This document shows, piece by piece, positions 1 to 11,515 of a stretch of 64,000 nt of DNA (positions within the stretch are counted from its first letter, which is position 1; each line of letters starts with the position of its first letter). A program made the position numbers and the translations under genes. Source of the stretch: Camelus dromedarius (taxonomy: Eukaryota); contig NC_087436.1 of NCBI RefSeq assembly GCF_036321535.1, positions 95,668,001 through 95,732,000 on the forward strand, in the 5' to 3' direction. The notes below the pieces were generated by a model that did no database searches, was not told where the DNA came from, and saw nothing but the letters and a program-made list of their open reading frames with translations.

Positions 1-95
1 GAGAAAGTTTGGTTTTGAACACATGAAGAGTAAGCGGCCTAGCAGACATCCACAGGAAGATGTTAAATAGGCAACTGGATGTGAGAATCTGGTGA
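1..95 (-). mobile_element. L2 LINE fragment
   Basis: 'tttggttttgaacacatg...agacatcc...gatgttaaataggcaactggat' resembles the reverse-strand L2 segment 'agttttggacatgttg...ggacatccaagtggagatgtccagtaggcagttggat'. Confidence 0.65.
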
Positions 96-644
96 TGGAT
101 ACAAAACAAACATATAAATTGTCCCCTTTGCCCCCTGCCCCGACATACGGTGGTCTGAGCTTAAAAAGGAGGGATGCACTTAGGAAACAGCAGGCACTTA
201 GCCCACAATAAGGTCCAGAAGCTTCTTGGTAGGTTTTCAGAAGAAATTGTGGACAAATTGGAATTTCAGATTCAGGATCAACACACTTAGAAAATGTGAC
301 TTTGAAGAGCCCAGAGCATATAGGATAGGAAGAGCAAGAGGACACTGGCCATTGAGAACGGACCTTGCAGAGCTGAGAGCCCCAGGGGCAGAGGACACCC
401 CAACTCCGGCTCCCCCCTACCCCCCGGCTCCCATGGGACCTTGCTGTTTGCACCTCTCCCTTCCCCCGGCCTGGGTAAGAGCATTCCTATGTTCTCTGCA
501 GCCACAGGGTGTGACTCTGTGGCCAGAAGATACCTGCGATGTCTTCTAAGATTTGTCTTTTTCCTGTATCTTCATCTAACCACTCTATCTTATTCTTCTC
601 TTTTCTTTTTTTTCCTCAGAATTTTGGGATCATCCTTTTGTTTA

Positions 645-930
645 CACCATAAATATTTTTTGAATACATACCTCCAGGTACATATGCACCTTTGTGCAAA
701 ACCCACGTCGGATACTGCAGAAATACAAAAACATAAAAACTTCAGAGATGGGTATGAATAACAGCAACAGAAAAACACTGTTTAAAAGAAGCTTCAAATG
801 AAGTGTGGCAGGAATTTTAGAAGAGGATAGATTCCTGGCTGGAAGGGTTGGGACAAACTTAGAGCGGGTGCCATGTGAGCTGGGCTTTGAGAAACAAGTG
901 GACTTCCCTTCAGAGAAGATATAGGTGAGG
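645..930 (-). mobile_element. Degenerate L2 3' region
   Basis: 'aaatattttttgaatacatacc...' followed by 'tgagctgggctttgagaa' resembles the reverse-strand L2 3' end. Confidence 0.4.
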
Positions 931-1044
931 GAACCCTTTACATTAGGAGACTTTACACTACCGTTCTCCAGCCTTCTCAATTCCTGCTTTCTTGGCTGGA
1001 GGATGGGGCTATGGGGGAAATGTGTAGGATGCACACTTGCAACC

Positions 1045-1295
1045 AGTAGATAAATAAGTCCTGGAGATGTAACGTATAGTGAATATAGACAACAATATTG
1101 TGTTATAATCATCAAGCTGGCTGAGACTAGATTTTAATTACTTCCCACCACAAAAAAGAAATGGTAATGGTGTAATAGAGGTGCTAACTATGTCTATGAT
1201 GGCAATCATATTACAATATATAAATGTATCAAAACAACACGTTATACATCTTAAATGTACACAGCATCACATGTCAAATACATTTCAGTTTTAAT
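1045..1295 (+). mobile_element. L1 3' end (L1MA-like), 5'-truncated
   Basis: 'aataagtcctggagatgtaacgtatag...caatcatattacaatatataaatgtatcaaaacaacacgttatacatcttaaat...atgtcaaatacatttc' is typical of an L1MA 3' UTR terminus. Confidence 0.85.
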
Positions 1296-3109
1296 TAACT
1301 AATTAATGCTTTCAATAAACATAAAAAGCCATATCTTTATTTAATGTTATTTGAATCTCAAAAAAATAAATTAAATCTCAACCCTTAAATTGAAGCAATT
1401 AAATAAAAGAAAATCCCCTTAAACTAAATCCTAACTCCCCAGTTCTCTCTCTCTTTGCTCCCCTCCGCCACTCAGTTCTTATTAAGGGGACAAATAATAT
1501 GAAGGTGAACCTTTCCAAAGTCAGAGGACTATGAGTTAAACATGCCCATCCCTCCTCCCCAACTGCTCACACCGTTTCCGGCAGGAAGAAGAGTTCCAGA
1601 GAAACTGATCATCAGAGTTTGTACTTTCTTGCTCAAATTCAGGCTGACTTTACCTAAAACTAATAACTTGGCAAGATAACCTCTTTCCCCATTAATTATG
1701 GAAAGAGTTTGAAGAGGAAAAAATACTAACATTTGAGCAGACACGTTTAAAGAACGATGCCTGATTTTCTCAGAAGCACGAGAAGGCCTCTGCTGGGTCT
1801 AGACTTGGTCCACGATGTCCAGCAGGCCGCCCCATCAAAGGGACTTTTATATGAAGCACTGAAAGGAGGCCCCGCTGTGACAAGCCCCAGTCAGGGAGCA
1901 ACCAGAAGCCAACAGAACTTCCTCCTCAAGCCAGAGGACAGAAGGCAGCCCCCAAGCCCTGCTCTCCTGGTAAAGGCCCACTGATCACGGGGTTCTCTCC
2001 TGCAAAGTGCAGTGATGGCCCTGAGCAATCCACTGCCCAAATACATACAGGGCTGACTTATGTGTCTAATGGTTAACACAAGGTGCAAATGCCACGGGTC
2101 ACCTGGGTTAATTCAGAGAGAAAACACACGCCATTGTGCCATTAATCATTGACTCAAAATCTTAACTCCCATGATAGGCTCAATTCTTAGACTTTCTTCT
2201 GAAAAACAGCAATAGAGTGGTGCCAGATTGAGGTCTTCAAAGATTTTTGATCAGAAGAGATTGCTGGTGTCATTGATTTAACGTTGGCAATTAAGCTCCA
2301 AAGGCCAAATAAATGCGCTGGCCTGGTATATTTCCCTAGAACCCTGGATTCAGTATTGCCCTAAGTTGGAACTGCATTGCACAAAGGCAGCGGCTTCAGA
2401 CAAACTGTTACCAAAAAAGTTCACACAAGTTCACCTTGAACTTGGCAGGCCAGGGCAGGACACTTTGTCAACTCTGCAGATTTGGACTTCAATTCCCTAA
2501 ACCTGCCCTCAGGAGTCCATCTTCTAAGGAATGGGTTGGCAGCAAGAAGGCTCCTCTGGGATTGACTCAGTAGCTCCTATACCTTCTTTACAATTTTACA
2601 GGGCATTGTACCAGGGAAGAAAAGATGGTTCCATGGAAGTGAATCAAGTTTCGTGTAGCTTGACGTCTTCTGCTAACCTTATAAAGCCCTCCCCCAAACC
2701 CCATTATTTTTTGGAGCACGTGTGAGGAAACGAAGGAAGAGCTGGTTTGGAGGATGTAACTGGGTGAAACATACATTTTTAAATTTTTTTTCAAAAGCTC
2801 AAATCACCTTTGTCCTCCAGGCCTCAAAACACAGAGGAAAGAAAGACTTTAAAGGAGGGGGGAGCGTGGTTTGGGGGACAACTTCAGGGTACAACCTGCC
2901 ACATGGAAGAGAGACTGGGTAAATATGTGAGTCTACAAGCACAGGCGCTGGTCATTTCTTCCAGGACCTGCCAGCACTTTCTATCATCTGATGAAAAACA
3001 CTGTTGGTTCCGTTTCCAGCAGAGTCAAATCTAAGATTTTCACTCCTTGATTCTTACTTAACTTTCTAGTCTCACCTCCCACTACATCTTCCTCCCCCAA
3101 CTTTTTCAA

Positions 3110-3263
3110 CCCTACACACACACCCACACCCACAGTCACTCATAGCCCTCCCAGCACTCTGCTCCCCGCCCTCCTGCCACCAGCAAGCACTCTCCCAGGC
3201 CACACACGCACATGTGCTCACACACACGCTCACACATGCAAGCACACATGTGCACACACACAC
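3110..3263. repeat. Degenerate (CA)n microsatellite region
   Basis: Interrupted CACA runs visible at about 3113-3133 and 3200-3263. Confidence 0.8.
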
Positions 3264-3269
3264 TTTAAG

Positions 3270-3745
3270 TGTTTACTGAGAACCTCCAATGTGCCAGATA
3301 CTGAGCAAAAATCCTCCCAACAAACCTGAGGTAGGTACTTTTTCTCCCCAGTTTTATTGAGCTATAATTGACATAAAACATTAAGATGATAATGACTTGA
3401 TATATGTATATATTGTAAAATGATCACCACAATAATTTTCATTAACATCCATCACCTCACATAGTTACGAATGTTTTTTTTATGATGAGAACTTTTAAGA
3501 CTTATTCTCTTAGCAACTTACAAATATACAATACAGTATTATTAACTGTCGCCACCATCCTGTACATTACATCCCCAGGATTTATTTATTGTAAAACTGG
3601 AAGTTTGTATATTTTGGATAGCTACTTTTTAATTTCCCCACATTGCAGGTGAAAAACCAGAGTCTCAGATTGACTTCCTAAGTTCACACAGCTGATAAGG
3701 ATTATAGAGATGGGGCTAGAACCCAGGTTTCCTGACTCCTGAGTA
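3270..3745 (-). mobile_element. MIR SINE, split by an L1 insertion
   Basis: 'tttactgagaacc...tgtgccagatactgagc...cctcccaacaaacctgaggtaggtact' resumes after the L1 as 'ccccacattgcaggtgaaaaaccagag...gttcacacagctgataag...gggctagaacccagg'. Confidence 0.75.
3344..3615 (-). mobile_element. L1MA9-like 3' end inserted into MIR
   Basis: 'ttttattgagctataattgac...gatcaccacaat...aacatccatcacctcacatagttac...gagaacttttaagac...cttagcaact...actggaagtttgta'; flanked by degenerate TSD tag(g/c)tacttttt at about 3332 and 3619. Confidence 0.88.
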
Positions 3746-3779
3746 AAATTATTACCCCCTATTCTCTTCCCTCAACTCT

Positions 3780-4065
3780 CATGAATCTGCCTGTTCAAAT
3801 GTGATGTTTTATTTTTATTAATCCATCTCACCAAGATGTCTTTCTCATAACTCCCATTGAAAATTCACCTCTCCTACATTCCCTTTGTATTTTGATCTTC
3901 CCTCTAGTGGGACACTTAACAAAATTAATTTGTGTCAAAGTTAATATGTATCTGCTTCCCCTAGGATATTGATCACAGACGAAGACTAATGCACTTACGG
4001 ATCCTTAACAAGGCCTGCCATCATGCTCTGTGCACAGTAAATGCTTAAAAAATCTTTGTTGACTG
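3780..4065 (+). mobile_element. L2 3' end
   Basis: Ends 'gcacagtaaatgcttaaaaaatctttgttgactg', resembling the L2 terminus. Confidence 0.55.
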
Positions 4066-4639
4066 TCCTAGAAGAAAAGAATTTCCAAATCTCTTCAACA
4101 ATGTGAGCATGCCAACAGAGAATGGGAAAGCCTCAGTCTACGTTGGTTTTTGTTTTAGATTTTTCTCCTTATTCTTGACCAAGAGCCAGCACAGCTCATG
4201 ATCAGTACCCCGACTGACTCTGCTTAATCCAGGATCAACCAGAAGGGTCTGGGAGAACTTCCGGGAGCCCAGCAAGCCCAGTGTGGAGATGGACAGCAAA
4301 CTCCAGGAAGCCTTCCTGTCTTTACTTTGTGCCCCCTCAGCAACTCTCCCTCTGCATTTGGTCTGTTTTTGTAATCCAGAACATCAGCAAACACATTTCA
4401 TAAGGTCAATCATTCCATCAATAACTGAGGCCTGGCCATGGGACAATTCCCTCCCCAAATGAACTTTATTCAGCCAAACTCGCTGTAGTGGCAGAAAAAC
4501 AAACTTAAAAATAACACAGTGGAGAAAAAGCAAGCAAATATAATAAATATATTAACCAATAAATGTATCTTACAAAGGATAGAAAGCAAAATAAGAGAGG
4601 CAGAGAACTTACATCAGAAGGCCGTGAAGCATAAGGGTA

Positions 4640-5025
4640 GTAGTATAGGTTTTTAGAGCTTAAATCAAAGCTCTACTACTTTGACCTTGTAACCTTGGAT
4701 GAGATATTTAATTTCTCTGTGCCTCAGTTCCCTCCTTTAAAAAATAGAGAAAATACCAGCTCCAATCTACTAGACTTTTGTGACGGTGAAATATGCTATG
4801 ACATGCAAAGTGCTTAGAACAGTGCCTATAGCACGTAGTAAGCTTTCAAGGATGCTGTCATGATTACGACCAAAATTCCACAAGAGTTGTGTCTGTGAAA
4901 TCTGGGGAAAGCACAGGTCTTTGGGTTAAAAGATATGATTTAAATTCCATCTCTGCCGTTGAACAAGCTGTGTGACCGTGGAACAGTCTTATCATCTCTC
5001 TGAGCTTTAATTTCCTCATCTGCAC
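4640..5025 (+). mobile_element. Two adjacent MIR SINEs
   Basis: MIR core 'accttggatgagatatttaatttctctgtgcctcagttccctc' and tail 'aaagtgcttagaacagtgcct'; second core 'gctgtgtgacc...tctctctgagctttaatttcctcatctg'. Confidence 0.8.
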
Positions 5026-5069
5026 TTGAACTCGGTGCTCTCAACTCCTACCCTATTTCTAGGGAAGGG

Positions 5070-5340
5070 AAAAGCACTTCCTTGTCATTCTTCAAGTCTC
5101 CTGCTGCGCTCCAGGTCATTTGGTAGTGACATCCGTTGTCCTCCAGGATGTAGTACAGGTCTCAGGTGTAATGTCATCACTCTTTGGTCAGTTCTCACTG
5201 GAGGGTCCATTTGCCTGAAGCAGATTCATTCACCATTGTCAGAACTGATTCTACCCAATTATAGAGCAAAGCTCCTTCACCGCATTTTCCGGTCTCCCGG
5301 TTGGGATCTCAGTGTAAGTATCTCTCACTCACTGGCTCTG
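5070..5340 (-). mobile_element. Possible ancient CR1/L3 reverse-transcriptase fragment
   Basis: Reverse complement 'agtgagaactgaccaaagagtgatgacattacacctg...ctggaggacaacgg...caaatgacctggag' loosely follows the CR1 KFADDTKL...QxDL coding segment; heavily decayed. Confidence 0.4.
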
Positions 5341-5419
5341 GGGCCTGTTTGCTATGACTTGTAATCCCAAGGCTTCCAAATACCTTTCAAACTGAGATTG
5401 GAAACCAGAAGAAGCTTGA

Positions 5420-6450
5420 AAATGAAAGATAAATACATTTAACTATGTAAACAATTTTATACATTTGTAAGCCAAAAAGCACCATAAATAAAATTAGTAA
5501 GGAAATAATAATTTGAGATAAAATATAATACACATGACAGACCAAAATTAGCATTTATAACACAAAAAGAGCATTTACAAATTGGCACCCAAAATAGGGA
5601 CAACTCAGAAAAGTACACAAAAGATAGTAAATAGACAATTAAGAAAAAAAGCCAATCCAAATAGCAAAATTATGTAGATTAATTATGGTTAGGGAAATGC
5701 AAATGTATGCAACAATGAGATATCACTTTACTCCCATTATATAAAGATTTTTAACTTGAAAACATCAAGTGACTACGGGCTGGAATAAAAACTACAGGAT
5801 GCTGTGAAGAGGGTACTCCCATACACCACTGATAGAAATGTAAATTGTGACAGCCTTTTGGGGAATAATCTGACAATGCTTATTAAAATTTAATAAATAT
5901 CACACACCCTTCTACCTTTCAATTCCACTCCTGGGAATCTATCCCACAAACATAAAACCACCAGCACAAAGCACAAGTTTACAAGGATATTTGTCGTAGC
6001 CTTGTTTGTAGTGACAAACCTGGAAATAATGCCCCTCAGTAGAGGAATGGTCCAATAAATTATGTATAGCCACACAAAGGGAGATTTTCATAACCACTAA
6101 AGGAATGAGTGAGAGCTGGATCAGTTAGCTTAGAAGGATTTCCATGAAGCATTATTGAAAAAACAAAACACAAGAGTGTATAATGTGAATCTATTCTTGT
6201 AGAGCAAATAATGTCAAATCTTCATTTGTATGAATTGCACAAATCTTCATTTGTATGATTACATGTTCATGGAGAAAAATCTGGAAGACTACATCCTGGG
6301 CTCTAACGTGTTACTTGGTGGAGGCTGAGGTCCATGGTTGATGAACAAGGAGAGATAAGAAAGCTCAGGAGAGGAGAATCAGGCACAAAATGACACAGGG
6401 GAAAAAAAGACTGTAGGATATGCTCACATTTATGAAAAATTATATATGTA
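5420..6450 (+). mobile_element. Old L1 (L1ME/L1MC-like) ORF2 end and 3' UTR
   Basis: 'gggaaatgcaaat...caatgagatatcac', 'aatgtaaattg...cagccttttgg', 'caattccactcctgggaatctatccc', 'caaggatatt...agccttgtttgta'. Confidence 0.85.
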
Positions 6451-6577
6451 TGTGTATAGAGAAAATATTTTTGTTGTTATTGAACAGATTAATTGGGAAA
6501 AAAAGAACAGCCTCTGACTACTTTTGTCTCATCAGGGAAAAGCTTGCCCTATTCGCCTGGTCTAGGACAGGTCGCTC

Positions 6578-6579
6578 GT

Positions 6580-6612
<33 letters not shown>

Positions 6613-6630
6613 GTAGTAGTAGCAGCAGCA
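6578..6630. repeat. Compound microsatellite (TG)n(TAG)4(CAG)n
   Basis: Directly visible. Confidence 0.95.
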
Positions 6631-6979
6631 CCCAAAACTTCTCAGAGCAGAGAGGGAGGAGTTTGCTCACCCTCCCCTCTCCTCTTAATCCTCCCCTCTC
6701 GCCAAATTCTACTCCCCTGCCTTTCCAGAATGAAGGAACAGAGACAATGTGCACATAATAATATCTGTTAGGGACCCCTCACTCATTACCTATGAAGGAC
6801 CATCCATATAGCAATAAACAGGTAATTGACTGTTCAGAGGTACAATCTGAGGTACATGAAGCCACCGTAGAAGATACACAAGACCAGAGGATAAAATGGA
6901 GACCCTGAAATTGGAAGCAGAAACCTGGGGCAAAAGACATAGGAGACCCGGGAAGCAAAGAGGGAGACAGTAAACCAGA

Positions 6980-7330
6980 ATGACTTCTGTTTCTATCAGC
7001 AGAGCAGACTAGACACCCAGGGCAACCCTCCTCCTGCAAATGGCTAACATGTGTAATAAAGTATTTACAGATTTACCTTTATAAATATATCACTGAGCTG
7101 GTAAGAAGAGGACTCCTCAGAGGCCAGAAATAAAGTAAAAAGAAGAATTTAGGTGAGTAATAATCCACTTTGCTCTTGGGGGCTGGTGTCATAGAACTTT
7201 TGTTTTGACAGTAAGAAGTCAAAAGCTAGGTCTCATCCAAGAAAAGAAGCACAGGGAGTCCCCTTTGTAGATCTTAGACCTTGCAGACCAACACTGTCAG
7301 TGTGGGGGCAGACTAGAAATAAACCCACAC
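6980..7330 (+). mobile_element. Probable old L1M 5' region
   Basis: 'gacttctgtttct...gcagactagac...aaatatatcactgagctgg' resembles ancient L1 5' ends; same orientation as the ORF2 remnant at 7690-8540. Confidence 0.45.
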
Positions 7331-7354
7331 CACAAAAGAGGAAATAATATTAAG

Positions 7355-7665
7355 ATAAAGAACAGACATAGAAAACAAATTTATGGTTACCAAAGGGGGA
7401 GGAGGGAGATTAATTAGGAGTTTGGGATTAACAGATACAAGCTATTATATATAAAACAGATAAACAACAAGGATTTACTGTACAGCACAGGGAACTATAT
7501 TCAATATCTTATAATAACCCCCGATGCAATATAATCTGAAAAAATAACTGAATCACTTTTCTGTACACCTAAAACTAACACAGTATTGTAAATCAACTAT
7601 AGTTCAAAATAAGTAAGTAAATAAATACATACATACATAAATGGAAACTATGATATTAAAAAAAG
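7355..7665 (+). mobile_element. Cetartiodactyl-type L1 3' end
   Basis: 'acagacatagaaaacaaatttatggttaccaaagggg...ggagtttgggattaacagatac...gtacagcacagggaactatattcaatatctt...ctgtacacctaaaactaacac...aaatcaactata' with A-rich tail. Confidence 0.92.
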
Positions 7666-7689
7666 GAAAAATAAATAAGTATTAACAGT

Positions 7690-8540
7690 AGCACTGAGAA
7701 TCAACAAATCAGATACTTTGAAAAGTATAATCAAAGTTGACAATCCTCTGGCAATACAGATCAAAAAAGAAAAAGCAATCATTTAAAAAATCATATTATG
7801 AGTGAAAAAGTAAACTGTATTTGTTGCAGATATTAAAAAGATAAGATATTATAAATAGATTCATACTCCAATTGTTAACAAGTAAAAAGGAAACATTTTT
7901 AGAAAACATAAAGTACCAAAATGTTATCAAGAAGAGAAAAAAACCACATGATTTTATGAAAAATTTAAAAATTAAATTCCATGGATAAAAATATTTTCCC
8001 ACAAAATAAACACAGCAGTCCAGTCTTAAATAAATTCTTCCACAGAACAGCAAAACAGATAACTCCTTCTGTTTTATGGTTGGCATAATTCATATCAACA
8101 ACCAAGGACAGTTTGGAAAGGAAAACTACAAGACAAATTTACTCATGAACATGGATACGAAAACCTCAGCAGAACATTAGCAAACTGGATCCACCAATAA
8201 ATAACAAAAAAGACAATACAATAGCATAAATTGACGACATAGCAGATCAAAAAAAAAAACCTCATGATCATCTTAATAGATGCAGAAAATCATTCAATAA
8301 AATTCAACATCTATCATACTAAGAAAAATTAAGTAAACTAGGAAAAGAAAAAAAGCACTATTTTTAAAACCTACCACAAACATAATGGGGAATGATAAAT
8401 GCACAAAACTCAGTGGCCAGGAGCCATTGCCTTCAACATTAGGGCCATGACAACAATTTTCAGTTACCACCTCGGTTGGGCCTCACCCAGGAGATCCTGG
8501 CCAGCAATAGGCAAAGAAAAAAACACAGAAGAGAAATAAT
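7690..8540 (+). mobile_element. Old L1 ORF2 remnant (toward RT domain)
   Basis: 'ctcatgaacatggat...attagcaaactggatcca', 'atgatcatcttaatagatgcagaaaa...aaaattcaacatc', 'tcctggccagcaataggcaaag'. Confidence 0.8.
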
Positions 8541-9689
8541 CTCCTGAGGACCCACCCAAAGCTGACTTTGTATAAAAACAGGTGCCTAGAGGGAGGATGT
8601 TTTAAAACATCTTCTGCATGCTATGTAAATTCAAGTCCTGGCTGATGGTAAGATGTGGCACTCAGCGTGGCAATCTTGGAGGGACATGTATAGAAGGACC
8701 CCGTGTCAGGCCAGCATTACAAGAGTAATACTCGGGGGTGCAGAAGGCTATGGGAAATTGATGCAATGTCATACCGTATCCAGCCTTAGTGATCACAGCA
8801 CACAGAAGGACCAAGTCAGCTCTGTGAGCGCAGCAACCACATGGCTCTTACCCTTCGCTACCCGCCCAGCAGCCGCACCCTGCCCGCGTGCAGTTTAGAA
8901 CTCAGTCAAGACTTGCTGGACTAACCAGTCAAAGTAAAGACTCCTTTCCTGGCCGCACACACACACACACAGTTGCTGGAAACAAAAAAAGCAGCAGCCT
9001 TGTGCAAATAAAACCACTTTTCAAGCAACATGTATGTTCTCCCGGACATCTGGTCTGAGATATTTATAGCACCCTCCTGGAGTTTAAGCATCTCTATCCA
9101 AGATCATGGGATTCCATCAGAGGGGCAAGAAGTTGGGAGGAGAGACCCCTTTGGCCATAAAACAATTATAAGCCTTTCATGATACTTAAGATAGTGCAAA
9201 TAAAATTGCTTTTTAAGTTTCGAAGCAGTATGCCTGTATCAGTCTTATTTTTGTAAGAGTATTTATTCCATCTCAGTGTCCACTTCAAAAACAGAACTTC
9301 CCCTTACACCTTCCTAGTTAGTTTTTATCTTTCATCCAAAAACTATACACAATTTCTAAAGTTTCTCAATTTTGACAGTCTTCAGACTGTAAACTAGGCA
9401 AGACTTTCGGTAATAATTAGGTTCTCAACTCTGGGGGATTTTAGTATTTCTGACAGTAAATGCTGGGGCAGCCTGAATTTCTTTCCTCTTTCTCTTCCAC
9501 AACTTACTTCCTTGATCTTTGTGTTTGGGGAAATTTTTTTCCTCTCCCTGAGTCCTAAGTCATAGTCTCTCACTGTTAAAAAATTTTCAGTTGCACCCTT
9601 CCCACCACCACCATCACCCTCACATTCCCTTTCCAGTTCCTGTTTCCCTGAGTCCTTGTGGCAGCCCAAGGACAATGACAGAAAGCACA

Positions 9690-9870
9690 CTGGACTGGAG
9701 TCAGGAGACCACGGTTTCATAGCAGTCTCTCTTCCAGATGTGGAGACAAGATGTTGGGCTGGGTTTGAAGGTCCTGGGTTTAAGTCCTAGCTCCAGTATT
9801 TACCAATTTACCTCATCTTAGGCAAGACATTTTCCCTCTGGGGACCTCAGTTTCCTTATAGATAAAGGAA
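9690..9870 (+). mobile_element. MIR fragments
   Basis: 'ggactggagtcaggagacc', 'cctgggtttaagtcctagctcc...cttaggcaagac...ctcagtttccttat'. Confidence 0.7.
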
Positions 9871-9879
9871 CTGTTGGTC

Positions 9880-10135
9880 CGCAGCAAGGATTCTAGAACC
9901 GAGCAGCAAGTGTAAATGAAGGAAATGAGTGTAAGGAAAGTGTCCAGAAGGCAATAGGGAGTGGTGGGGACTGTAGAGATTTGTGGGCACAGGTACCTCC
10001 TGAAGTGAGGAACTCCTCTTCAATGACAGGAACTCAACTCAACTACTAGAGGAATGTGACATTTGTGTCACCAGTCATCTGATTTTTTAAGAGGGCCCTG
10101 AAATACGGACTTTTATTTGAACGCTGTTGATTTTT
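9880..10135. mobile_element. Probable hAT-Charlie non-autonomous element (MER-type), interrupted by L1
   Basis: 'ccagtcatctgattttttaagagggccctgaaatacggacttttatttgaa' resembles an hAT-Charlie MER internal motif; appears to resume near 11517-11560. Confidence 0.5.
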
Positions 10136-11515
10136 TTCTTCTGGTTTTATTGAGATATAACTGACACACAGCTCTGTATAAGTTTAGGTGTACAGCATAA
10201 TGATTTGACTTATAAACTTCACGGAATAGTTACTACAGCAAGTTTAGTGAACATCCATCATTTCCTATAGAAACAAAATTAAAGAAAGGAAAACATTTTT
10301 CTTGTGATGAGAACTCTTAGGATTTACTCTCTCAACAACTTTCATATATAACATACATCAGTGTTAATTATGTTTATTGTATTGTACATTACATCCATAG
10401 TATTTATTTATCTTGTAATTGGAAGTTTCTACTTTTGACTGCCTTCATCCAATTCCCCCTACCGTGCCCTCACCTCTAGTAACCACAAACCTGACCTCTT
10501 TTTCTCTGTTTTTTGGTTTTTGAAGTATAACTGACCTACACCACTATGTTATACTACATAGTGATTTGATATTTCTGTATATTGCAAACTGATCATGATA
10601 AGTCTAGTTACAATATGTCACCATACAAAGATATTACATACTTTTTTAAATTTTCTTAATTTTATTTTTTGGGGAGGGGAGGTAATTAGGTTTACTTATT
10701 TATAGAGGAGGTACTGGGGACTGAACCCAGGACCTTGTATCTGCTAAGCATGTGCTCTACCACTTGAGCTATACCAGTAATTGACTATATTCCCCAAACT
10801 AAATTTCATACCCATGACTCATTTATTTTGTACCTCTTAATCTCCCTCACCTATTTCTTTCCTCCCCTACCCCTCTCCCCTGTTTGTTCTTTGTATCTAT
10901 AACCCTGCTTCTATTTCATTATGTTTAATCATTTGTTTTGTTTTTTAGATTCTGTTTGTCTTTCTCTGTTTGATTTATTTCACTTAGCCTAATACTCTCT
11001 AGATCCGTTCATGTTGTCACAGATGGCAAGATTCCATTCCTTTTATGGCTAAATAATATTCCACTGTATTTATGTGTCACATCTTCTTCATCTATTCATC
11101 CATCAGTGGGTACTTGGGTTGCTTGCATATCTTGACTATTGTAAATAATGCTGCAGTGAGCACAGGAGTGCATATATCTTTCTGAATCACTGTTTTCATT
11201 CCTCTTCAGATAAATACCCAGGAGTGGAATTGCTGGATCACATGGTGGTTCAATTTTTAATTTTTTGAGGAACCTCCTTACTGTTTTGCATAGTAGCTAT
11301 ACCAATTCACATTTCCACTTACATTACATTAGGGTTCCCTTTTCTCCACATCCTCACCAACACTTGTTATTTGTGGTCTTTTTGATGATGGCCATTCTGA
11401 CAGGTGTGAGATGAAATCTCACTGTGGTCTTGATTGGCATCTCACTGATGATTAGTGATGCTGAGCATCTTTTCATGTGCCAAGTGACCACCTGTATGCT
11501 TTCTTTGGAAGAATC
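10136..11515 (-). mobile_element. L1 3' portion (ORF2 end + composite 3' UTR) with TSD
   Basis: 'gtaaataatgctgcagtgag', 'atacccaggagtggaattgctggatcacatgg', 'ggccattctgacaggtgtgagatg'; minus ORF 11354-11719 ends in the L1 ORF2 peptide ...[30 protein letters not shown] ctgttgatttttt at about 10123 and 11517. Confidence 0.95.
10641..10776 (-). mobile_element. Camelid tRNA-derived SINE (Vic-1-like) nested in L1
   Basis: Reverse complement 'ggtatagctcaagtggtagagcacatgcttagcag...aggtcctgggttcagtccccagtacctcc...aaacctaattacctcccc' with A/B-box-like motifs and A-rich tail. Confidence 0.88.

Noticed and set aside
671..713. Candidate minus-strand exon (ctgcag|TATCCG...CTGGAG|gtatgt)
   Set aside because: Lies within what looks like a decayed L2 3' end; translations match nothing I recognise.
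6215..6263. 25-bp tandem duplication (caaatcttcatttgtatga...)
   Set aside because: Ordinary slippage duplication inside an old L1.
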